Shown one piece after another: positions 43,182-49,757 of a DNA stretch of 49,757 nt. Position numbers and translations under genes: made by a program. Each line of letters begins with the position of its first letter. Position 1 is the stretch's first letter. Below the pieces are notes generated by a model, which had not been told where the DNA came from, searched no databases, and worked only from the letters and a program-made list of their open reading frames with translations. The stretch is from an uncultured Candidatus Saccharibacteria bacterium (GTDB lineage: Bacteria > Patescibacteriota > Doudnabacteria > UBA920). The DNA is taken from contig CAYVOF010000001.1 of the NCBI GenBank assembly GCA_964453405.1, positions 67,531 through 117,287 of the forward strand. The letters are read 5' to 3'.

Positions 43182-43334
43182 CTAGCGGTTCTTACGTTTG
43201 CACTCTGAGCACAGACGATAACCACCTTTACCACGAGCAACATTTTCGTCTTCAATGTTGTTTCCAAGATTGCAGTCGTGGTTATTGTGGTACACCTCGG
43301 TGGTGTCTGTAGAATGCCATTCGTCACGAGCCAT
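43182..43334 (-). CDS. small conserved-looking Cys-motif protein, 50 aa (MARDEWHSTDTTEVYHNNHDCNLGNNIEDENVARGKGGYRLCSECKRKNR)
   Basis: Hand translation; the ORF is below the track cut-off. It has its own terminator. The pattern VYH..(3)..C..G..I ... G.GG..LC..C resembles a widespread family of tiny bacterial proteins that I remember only vaguely. Caveat: my manual base count of an A-run (about 43140-43145) and a T-run (about 43319-43321) differs by one base each from the frames implied by the supplied ORF track. Coordinates follow the track frame. With my count, the same body would start at GTG 43327. Confidence 0.5.
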   Translation of the reverse strand: MARDEWHSTDTTEVYHNNHDCNLGNNIEDENVARGKGGYRLCSECKRKNR

Positions 43335-43776
43335 TTTACACAAAAGTTCTCTTCCTTACCATAGGGAAGACTATTTCAGAAAGCTTAATTGTCTGTTACG
43401 ACCTCCTGGGTATATTTATGTCTTGCTTGCGTTTTGAAAAGAATCTAGAGTTTTGTCTTTCTTTCATTACGTTTACTCGAGAATAAGTATTACTCACGGT
43501 ACGTACTTCCTATAAATCAAAACACCACCAGTAATTTCGCTACTAGTGGTGTCCTGATAATCAGGTCGGACCATTCGAGAGCGAAATTAACGAATGATTT
43601 CTGATTTGTTACTGGTATTGTACATTTGTTCACCCTGTTTGTCAAGGATCAGTTCTTTGTAAAATCGAAGGGGGAGACGGTTCATGTCTTTTGGGCGATA
43701 TCTACGAAGGAGGTGTTGACCTATTAGATTAATTCGTTGGCTCTATGATATACTGGGTTTAAATAACAATCCTTAT

Positions 43777-44010
43777 ATGAGAGATTTAACCCCTGAGGAA
43801 ATAGCAAATATTTTAAATACACAGTTAAATATTGGTACTGAAACAGCTTGGGTAGAAGTATCTGGCACCCTTGGCTTACCTCAGACAGATTTGTCGAACC
43901 CTGATTCTATTAATGTAAAGTTTGACCAAACAGTAGTAGTGAAAGCCTTTCTTAATACTCACACTAAAGAAATTAAATTATATCCACTAAAAGCAATTAT
44001 TGGAGATTAG
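43777..44010 (+). CDS. hypothetical protein (77 aa)
   Basis: ORF preceded by TTGACC ... TATGATATACT promoter-like boxes. No family recognised. Confidence 0.4.
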   Translation: MRDLTPEEIANILNTQLNIGTETAWVEVSGTLGLPQTDLSNPDSINVKFDQTVVVKAFLNTHTKEIKLYPLKAIIGD

Positions 44011-44011
44011 T

Positions 44012-44293
44012 ATGGCAAAAGACTTAGGTAGCAAAAGTAAATTAGATAAAGCTATAGAAAGATGGGATTATCTTTTTTGGGCTGTTATATCAATCTTGGG
44101 AGTAGGTGTAATAACCATGATATTTATGGTCGCAGGTATGGTTATTCAAGCATGGCAAACTAGACCAATACCCCAGTACTATGGTAACCAGCAGCAGATA
44201 ATTGATAAATTAAATAAGATAGAAGCACAGCAAAATATACAAGTTATCAAAACAGGGGAGAGTACCCCACCCCAACCAGTTCCAAATCAATAA
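44012..44293 (+). CDS. hypothetical single-TM protein (93 aa from ATG 44012)
   Basis: The ATG lies 2 nt after the upstream stop. TM helix LFWAVISILGVGVITMIFMVAGMVI. Confidence 0.45.
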   Translation: MAKDLGSKSKLDKAIERWDYLFWAVISILGVGVITMIFMVAGMVIQAWQTRPIPQYYGNQQQIIDKLNKIEAQQNIQVIKTGESTPPQPVPNQ

Positions 44294-44307
44294 TATGAAT
44301 TAAACCG

Positions 44308-44326
44308 ACCACCCAAGCAGGGTGGT
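44308..44326 (+). terminator. hairpin after the two small ORFs
   Basis: ACCACCC-AAGCA-GGGTGGT. The trailing T-run is short, so termination may be weak. Confidence 0.4.
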
Positions 44327-44453
44327 TTAAACTTACACAGCAATAAAAATAATTAATTAAATACTTTTAATAACTAATGGACAACATAACAATAAAAAGT
44401 TTATGATGGTCAGTTAGTGTATGGGATCAGAACCTAGAGATTAAAAGAATATA

Positions 44454-44470
44454 ATGTCGCATAAGATACA
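44454..44470 (+). repeat. 17-bp direct repeat, copy 2 (ATGTCGCATAAGATACA)
   Basis: Identical to 42841-42857. Here it overlaps a TATAAT box (44450-44455) and forms the hairpin GTCGCA-(12 nt)-TGCGAC. Confidence 0.8.
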
Positions 44471-44755
44471 TTGTGCGACGCGGTATCAATCTCAAAAGTA
44501 TATATCCCCTATGTATTTTGGGGTTTAATTTACAATTGCTATTTGAATTGTAATTCCCTGCTCTTGTGCCGGCACTGGTGTCTTCTGAATAGTTTATATT
44601 CTATTTATTATATTCTCTAAGTTTAATATATTGCGCATACGGTATATAAGTTCGAACGTCACCTATAAAAAGTATTATCACCTATTGAATACTTTAAGGG
44701 ACTCAGTTAGTATAGATATAAGTTAAATTTGAATTCTTAGGAGGAATAATAATTT

Positions 44756-45361
44756 ATGTTAAATGTAACCTCGGATAGTACACATTCTCGTTATGAGGAC
44801 CGGTTCAAGCCTGAACACAAAAAGCTGTCTGATTTTTTGGAAGACTATCGTAAGTTCCACCCTGAAGCCAAAGTAGGGTTTGTAAGTGGCGTATGGGATC
44901 TGACCCATCTGGGTCATATGGCTTATATTGAAAAAGCTAAAGAAGATGTTGACTTACTAGTAGTCGGTGTAGACACTGATGAGTTCACTAGAAGCCGTAA
45001 AACAACTGATGATATTGAGCGTCCAATTGTTCCGTTTGAGGAACGTTCGCGGATATTATCGTATCATCGAGGGGTTGATATTATTACTTCGGTCGGCGAA
45101 GATTTTTTTTCGGTTCTAGAGGCTGTGCGTCCTGATAAATTAGTTTTTTCTAAATCAACTAAAGATATGGATAAAACTAAAATGAAGGAATATAAAAAGT
45201 ACGCTAAGAAGGTTGTGATTTTAGAACCTCAGGCCCCACCTGATAAAATCTCGACGACTGTGAGAATTCGTGAATTGATGATTAAGGGTGTTCAACAAGC
45301 TCGACTAAAAATTCACGATGTTGTTGATAGTGCCTTAGACGAGATCGAGGGAAAATTATGA
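44756..45361 (+). CDS. cytidylyltransferase-family nucleotidyltransferase (HxGH / ISTT type)
   Basis: GVWDLTHLGHMAYIEKAKE (HxGH) and KISTTVRIR (ISxT). Strong SD AGGAGGAATAATAATTT-ATG. Confidence 0.75.
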   Translation: MLNVTSDSTHSRYEDRFKPEHKKLSDFLEDYRKFHPEAKVGFVSGVWDLTHLGHMAYIEKAKEDVDLLVVGVDTDEFTRSRKTTDDIERPIVPFEERSRILSYHRGVDIITSVGEDFFSVLEAVRPDKLVFSKSTKDMDKTKMKEYKKYAKKVVILEPQAPPDKISTTVRIRELMIKGVQQARLKIHDVVDSALDEIEGKL

Positions 45362-46185
45362 AAAAAGATGTCATTGCTTTTGTACCAGTGCTTCATGCCG
45401 GGTATATGAATTTTTTTCGAAAGCATGAGAACAGTGATTTGTATCTCATGTCCCCTGACCTTTACGGTGAGTTAGAACCATTGACCCGAGAAATTCGAGC
45501 TTTGGAGTTTGGAGATATGCTGGGGATTGTTAGATCGCTGCGAATATTTAGAGGGGTCTTCCTTCTAAGCGACAAAATAATTGATAAAATAGATTTTACC
45601 TATGAAATTATCATGCCTGATGAGGATATTTGTAGGCATGTTGCTGCCAAGTATCTAGTAAATCATCATGTAACTTTTGAATCAGTGTTCTTACGTTACG
45701 ACATGGATAAGACCATGACTCAAAACCCTGTCGTTCCAGATCGAGAAATTGATTTACGCCAATTGGATATCGAGTTTATGGCTCAGGCTAAGAATGCAGC
45801 TCAACAGAGCCCTGATTGGTGGCGACAAGTCGGAGTTGTGCTAGTTAAAGACGGTAAGGTCTTAGACGTGGCTTATAATCGACATATGCCGAGTGAGCAT
45901 AGCTTATATGCTTTGGGTGATCCAAGGAATAATTTTAAGCCTGGTGAGCATCTAGAAATTTCAGCTGCCCATCATGCAGAAAAAGTCCTGATTTCTAGAG
46001 CTGCTAAAAATGGGGAGTCTACCGACGGAGCTTCTATATATGTTTCGGTGTTCCCCTGTCCTCCATGCGCGTATGATATTGCAACAGCCGGAATCTCTAA
46101 GGTGTACTATTCCGAAGGGTATTCTTCCTTACAAGCGCAAGAAACATTTAGGCTGGCAGGAATAGAGCTCATTCACGTTAATTAA
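45358..46185 (+). CDS. dCMP/cytidine deaminase-fold protein with an about 140-aa uncharacterised N-terminal domain
   Basis: HAEKVLISRAA ... VFPCPPCAYDI (H-A-E ... P-C-x-x-C zinc motif). ATGA overlap with the upstream gene. Confidence 0.8.
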   Translation: MKKDVIAFVPVLHAGYMNFFRKHENSDLYLMSPDLYGELEPLTREIRALEFGDMLGIVRSLRIFRGVFLLSDKIIDKIDFTYEIIMPDEDICRHVAAKYLVNHHVTFESVFLRYDMDKTMTQNPVVPDREIDLRQLDIEFMAQAKNAAQQSPDWWRQVGVVLVKDGKVLDVAYNRHMPSEHSLYALGDPRNNFKPGEHLEISAAHHAEKVLISRAAKNGESTDGASIYVSVFPCPPCAYDIATAGISKVYYSEGYSSLQAQETFRLAGIELIHVN

Positions 46186-46211
46186 TTTTTTGCAAAAATT
46201 GCAAAAATAAA

Positions 46212-46233
46212 ACCCGTACAAATTTGTACGGGT
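46212..46233. terminator. bidirectional terminator (perfect 22-nt palindrome)
   Basis: ACCCGTACAAA/TTTGTACGGGT with an A-run before and a T-run after. A second hairpin TTTTTGCAA-AAA-TTGCAAAAA lies at 46187-46207. Confidence 0.8.
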
Positions 46234-46239
46234 ATTTTT

Positions 46240-46716
46240 TTATGCTTTGTTGTTAAAAGCAACTACGGCCTTAATGACTTCATTTTCTGTCATCTCTTTG
46301 GGGTCCTTGTTTGGTCGTTCGGTCCCACAAATTAAATGAGCATGTAAATGCGACACACTGGCTCCAGTATGAGACTTCTCCCCCATTCTCCATAAAAGCG
46401 AGTAACCTTTTAAGCGATGCTTAAACACTAATTGCTTGATTAGAGTTCTGAAGTCTAACCATTCGCTTTTAGAAATTTGGTAAAAGCTTTCTACGTGTCG
46501 TTTGGGGATTAACAAGAAGGCAAATTCTGCATTTTGGTAATTAAAGCTATTGCGAGTTACTTTCCAAAGTTTTGTTTTAAGTTCAATCGGATACTTGTGT
46601 CCGTTACCTTGGTCTAAACAAAACGGAGCTGGGCAATTTCCCTCTTCTTCAATTTCTTTTAGAACCTCACGGTATTCGTCCGAAAAGGTATTAATTACAT
46701 CAACTTGATCACTCAT
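46240..46716 (-). CDS. HIT (histidine triad) family protein
   Basis: SVSHLHAHLI histidine triad. ATG at 46716 with AGGAGGAAT SD, 7 nt after the upstream stop. The track start at 46776 would overlap the ThyA-like gene. Confidence 0.8.
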   Translation of the reverse strand: MSDQVDVINTFSDEYREVLKEIEEEGNCPAPFCLDQGNGHKYPIELKTKLWKVTRNSFNYQNAEFAFLLIPKRHVESFYQISKSEWLDFRTLIKQLVFKHRLKGYSLLWRMGEKSHTGASVSHLHAHLICGTERPNKDPKEMTENEVIKAVVAFNNKA

Positions 46717-46723
46717 ATTCCTC

Positions 46724-47656
46724 CTATACTGCAACTGGAATGTTTTTGATGGGTTGGCCGGCTTCATAGTCTTCAATTACAAAGTGTTCAGGCAAGATTT
46801 GAAACAAATCTTTTGGTGTATCTTTTTTGAGATAAACACTGCAAAAACGTTTTTGCTCTCGAGACAAAATTTCTTTTACATCATTTATCTGATTATCATA
46901 TATATGTGCATCAGAAAATGAATGATAATAATGCGAAGCCTTCATATCTAGAACATGAGCTAAAGCCAAAGTTAACACCGAATATTGAAATATATTAAAT
47001 GGTACTCCGATCGGAACATCACCGGCACGCTGATACATGTGAAGATGTAACTCATTTTTGTTGAAGACACGAATATGAATCCATCCATGGCATGGTGCTA
47101 CCACAACTTTTCGCTCGGCATTTTCGCCGGCTACACAGTATTCTGGAATCCACGGCGAAACAAAGTGTGTTCTCAAATTTGGAGCTCGTTTGATTTGATC
47201 AATTACATTTTTAAATTGATTGATTTCCTTTCCGTTGTGGGTTGGATAATGGCCAAATGCTCCTCCATAAGAACCGTATCCAAGATGATGAGCTGGAAGG
47301 CCAAAGTCGGCGCATTTTTCTGCTGTTACAGACGCTCCCCAAAACCTTTCACTAACACCCAACGCAGTTAACTCCTCTAGCGTCATGTACCCCCTGACGA
47401 AAGCCAGTATCTCAGCCACGGATGACATTCCTGCCTGCTTCATGCTGCGTTCTGTTCCAAGCGGAATGCCATTACGCAAATCAAATCGCAACGGGTTAGG
47501 TGCCATGTAGCTTCTGGATTTTTCTGTATGGAAAGATTTAGCTTCGACGCCGTAGGTATACACTTGTCTAAGCAAATCCGCATACTGGCAATCCACAGTT
47601 CTGTCTTGATGTGGAATGTAATCCACAACACTAATTAGATCTTTATTATCAGTCAT
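46724..47656 (-). CDS. thymidylate-synthase-family (ThyA fold) enzyme, divergent
   Basis: VAPCHGWIHIRV (PCH nucleophile), MYQRAGDVPIGVPFNIFQYS (YQRS.D...G.PFNI) and SDAHIYDNQ (D.H.Y.N). Other ThyA signatures are altered. Confidence 0.8.
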   Translation of the reverse strand: MTDNKDLISVVDYIPHQDRTVDCQYADLLRQVYTYGVEAKSFHTEKSRSYMAPNPLRFDLRNGIPLGTERSMKQAGMSSVAEILAFVRGYMTLEELTALGVSERFWGASVTAEKCADFGLPAHHLGYGSYGGAFGHYPTHNGKEINQFKNVIDQIKRAPNLRTHFVSPWIPEYCVAGENAERKVVVAPCHGWIHIRVFNKNELHLHMYQRAGDVPIGVPFNIFQYSVLTLALAHVLDMKASHYYHSFSDAHIYDNQINDVKEILSREQKRFCSVYLKKDTPKDLFQILPEHFVIEDYEAGQPIKNIPVAV

Positions 47657-47744
47657 TTATTATTCCTCCTAGAATGTTTGCATTACAGCTAAATATACCA
47701 AAAAGCCCTCGCTTGAGCAAGGGCTAGGTTTTGTTGGTTTTGGT

Positions 47745-48986
47745 TTATAAATTCTGAGTAGTGCGTTGTAGGATTTTAATGGAATTCTTAAGCGCTGTTA
47801 CAAAGCGCTTAAGATCCGCTTTTGTGATTTCAGTGCTTAGACTCAATCGGATTGCTGACTTAGCTTGCTCTGGAGTTAAACCCATAGCTAGTAAGACATG
47901 TGAGGGGTCGTCTGAACTTGCGGTGCAAGCACTGCCTGTGGCTACGGCAAACCCAGCCGCGTTTAAATAAAACATGAGCGCTTCGCCTTCAATACCTTTT
48001 ATAGAAAAATTGATTGTGCCAGGGAGTTTTAATAGACCGGCAGTTGCGCCATTTTTTTTAACGGAAAAATTACTTGGTCCATTTATCGTCATTAGTTTAA
48101 TCTGTTTTAATTCTGCTTCTAAGTATTTTTGTAGTGCTAATAAAGTTTTTAAATTTTTGGTACGAGACTTTTGACTCAACTCTAGTGCTTTAGCAAATCC
48201 AACAATTGCAGGAGTGTTTTCGGTGCCACTGCGTAAGCCGCGTTCTTGTCCCCCGCCGTAAATAATTGGTTCAAGTTTTATACCAGTTCGGGCAAATAAA
48301 ATTCCTGAACCTTTGGGTCCGTTAATTTTACTACCATTTAAAGTTAGTAAATCAACTTTTAATTTGTGAACATCTAATTCAAGTACTCCCCCAGCCTGAC
48401 AAGCATCGGAATGAAAATAAATCGGTGGCAAGTTTTTTTGACTGCGAACTTTGTTAATTCCAGTTAATGCGCGTCCAACTTCTGTAACAGGCTGAATTGT
48501 CCCGACTTCGTTGTTTGCGTACATTACCGAAACAAGTGCGGTATCGGGTTTAATTTTTTTCTTTAGATCTTCGACACTTACCACACCGTCAGAATTAACT
48601 GTTAGATAATCAATTTTCCAACCCCATTGTTGGAGTGCTTTAACACATTCCAGGACCGTTTCGTGTTCAATTTTAGAAACAATCATATGGCCGGCTTTGT
48701 GGTATTTGGTTTGGTGAGCCTTAGCGACACCAAAAATTGCCAGGTTAGTGCTCTCGGTCCCCCCGGCTGTGAAAATGATCTCTTTTGGGTTTGCACCAAG
48801 CACTTTTGCTACCGAGCCGCGGGCCTGATCTACGGCCTGACGCGATTTGCGACCGAATTCGTGCAAGCTAGATGGATTGCCAAACTCCGCTTCTAGATAT
48901 GGTTTCATAGCTAAAAAAACGCTCTTGCTGAGCTCTGTAGAGGCTGCGTTATCTAAATAGATGAGGTTGGTCTTCATGTTTGACAT
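47745..48986 (-). CDS. cysteine desulfurase (NifS/IscS class V aminotransferase)
   Basis: IYLDNAAST, SKINGPKGSG (PLP Lys region), ATGSACTAS (active-site Cys). Start at 48986 (MSNMKTN) or 48977; the track start at 49073 would overlap the divergent gene. Confidence 0.9.
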   Translation of the reverse strand: MSNMKTNLIYLDNAASTELSKSVFLAMKPYLEAEFGNPSSLHEFGRKSRQAVDQARGSVAKVLGANPKEIIFTAGGTESTNLAIFGVAKAHQTKYHKAGHMIVSKIEHETVLECVKALQQWGWKIDYLTVNSDGVVSVEDLKKKIKPDTALVSVMYANNEVGTIQPVTEVGRALTGINKVRSQKNLPPIYFHSDACQAGGVLELDVHKLKVDLLTLNGSKINGPKGSGILFARTGIKLEPIIYGGGQERGLRSGTENTPAIVGFAKALELSQKSRTKNLKTLLALQKYLEAELKQIKLMTINGPSNFSVKKNGATAGLLKLPGTINFSIKGIEGEALMFYLNAAGFAVATGSACTASSDDPSHVLLAMGLTPEQAKSAIRLSLSTEITKADLKRFVTALKNSIKILQRTTQNL

Positions 48987-49040
48987 CTTAACAAAAATAT
49001 GGGATAGTGTAAAGTAATCGATTTCCTTAGGAGGAATCAT

Positions 49041-49673
49041 ATGAACAAAATTGATAACGAACGCACCTCTCAATGGATATGGCGCGTGGATCTGAGTTTA
49101 ATTGTTAGCGAAATTATTTTCGCTGCAGTTGTGTATGCTTTGTACGGTGGTCTGGCCTATTTAGCTTTTGGGCATGATAGTGTTGGTGAATTGGTTTCTA
49201 ATTTGGTTGTGTTGTTTTATTTAGGCAATGTGATCAAACATAAGAACAGTCACAAGCATGCCGGCACTACTCCGCACGAGCATGAATTTCATGAACGGGA
49301 AAGTAAAGCTTCACAGTACGTAGCATTTGTATTTTTTGGCTTAGCACTTTCGACTTTGATTTGGCCTTTGCTCTTTGGCGCGGAGCATACTCCGACTACA
49401 GTGGTATGGCCAACTTATGTGTTAGGGTTCTTTACTATCACAACTGGTGCGATGGGATTCTTAAAGTGGAAACAAAGCCGTGATAAGCACGATCCACGCT
49501 GGGCAGAAGCTTTGCAGTCTGTGTTCTGCGTTTTGTCTGGTGTTGTTGCGATGGTAGCTGGTATGTTGGAGAATCTCATTCCGCGGAGTCATCTTTACGG
49601 GGACATTGTTATCGCGGGGTTGATGTTTGTTGCTGGTTGCATGATTATTAATAATAAAAAATTGTGCTGCTAG
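49041..49673 (+). CDS. hypothetical polytopic membrane protein with a His-rich loop
   Basis: SD AGGAGGAATCAT-ATG, about 6 TM helices, and loop HKNSHKHAGTTPHEHEFHERE. Confidence 0.5.
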   Translation: MNKIDNERTSQWIWRVDLSLIVSEIIFAAVVYALYGGLAYLAFGHDSVGELVSNLVVLFYLGNVIKHKNSHKHAGTTPHEHEFHERESKASQYVAFVFFGLALSTLIWPLLFGAEHTPTTVVWPTYVLGFFTITTGAMGFLKWKQSRDKHDPRWAEALQSVFCVLSGVVAMVAGMLENLIPRSHLYGDIVIAGLMFVAGCMIINNKKLCC

Positions 49674-49691
49674 TTAGTTTTAAAGCGAGAA

Positions 49692-49718
49692 AACTTCTCG
49701 CTTTTTTTATTCTTCTTA
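49692..49718 (+). terminator. rho-independent terminator
   Basis: GCGAGAA-AAC-TTCTCGC followed by a T7 run. Confidence 0.75.
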
Positions 49719-49757
49719 GAGAGAAAAACTCTGGACTTTAGTCCAAGGCTTCAGCAT

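Noticed and set aside
43067-43437. Track ORFs 43067..43327 (minus strand, 86 aa) and 43255..43437 (plus strand, 60 aa) in the non-coding island.
   Set aside because: The minus-strand ORF runs through a terminator hairpin and a second hairpin and has Thr/Val/Leu-rich nonsense-like composition. The plus-strand ORF is antisense to the compact 50-aa Cys-motif ORF, which has a proper terminator. Neither has convincing start signals.
42790-44755. Prophage, transposon or integrative element.
   Set aside because: There is no integrase, transposase, recombinase or phage structural gene, and no terminal inverted repeats. Only direct repeats and hairpins are present, so I report it as an unexplained repeat-bounded island rather than a mobile element.
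1-49757. CRISPR arrays, rRNA genes, alternative genetic code (UGA recoding), and T-box or other riboswitches upstream of the aaRS genes.
   Set aside because: I saw no regularly spaced repeats and no rRNA-like sequence. All long, motif-bearing ORFs are intact under the standard code. gltX is apparently leaderless, and the ThrRS-like genes have only about 100 nt and 20 nt upstream regions, with no specifier-loop or T-box-like sequence.
49731-49757. A possible minus-strand gene start at the window edge (ATGCTGAAGCCTTGG...).
   Set aside because: Reading inward, it reaches a stop after 13 codons and runs into the terminator of the upstream gene. It is not a gene.

Overview
The window is gene-dense (about 60 CDS), AT-rich and uses the standard genetic code. 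It looks like a reduced-genome bacterium, possibly Patescibacteria/CPR-like. That placement is inference only, based on truncated aaRS genes, r-protein N-terminal extensions, T4SS-pilin-like membrane modules, few SD sites on core genes and many predicted extracytoplasmic cell-wall and surface proteins.

Housekeeping content:
- A 5'-partial alaS and a pgi-like gene.
- The infA-rpmJ-rpsM-rpsK-rpsD-rpoA-rplQ-rplM-rpsI block.
- An HU gene, mltG, a def ... fmt block, gltX and a NifS-type desulfurase.

Accessory or unusual content:
1. A 1322-aa LPRTG-anchored surface protein, followed by a sortase homolog that contains no cysteine.
2. An eight-gene tightly packed operon (15309-23095): Leu/Phe-type dehydrogenase, PaaK/F390-type ligase, ThiF/E1-like enzyme, S51 peptidase, AadA-like nucleotidyltransferase and an SBP-dependent ABC importer. 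It is convergent on two tandem N-terminally truncated ThrRS-like paralogs (23120-25989). An orphan receiver lies on one side and a nitroreductase translationally coupled to a histidine kinase lies on the other. This is my best candidate for an undescribed system.
3. Two paralogous proteins that share a pilin-like membrane module but carry different putative wall-hydrolase heads, flanking a DsbA-like gene.
4. A roughly 2-kb AT-rich, mostly non-coding island (42790-44755) with direct repeats, hairpin repeats and small ORFs. It lies next to a divergent ThyA-family / dCMP-deaminase / cytidylyltransferase / HIT cluster.
5. A tRNA-like element with a broken anticodon arm.
6. A recurrent TATAAT box 6-7 nt upstream of ATG, which suggests leaderless mRNAs.

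I saw no rRNA, CRISPR array, transposase or integrase. All family assignments come from motif recognition by eye; no searches were run.
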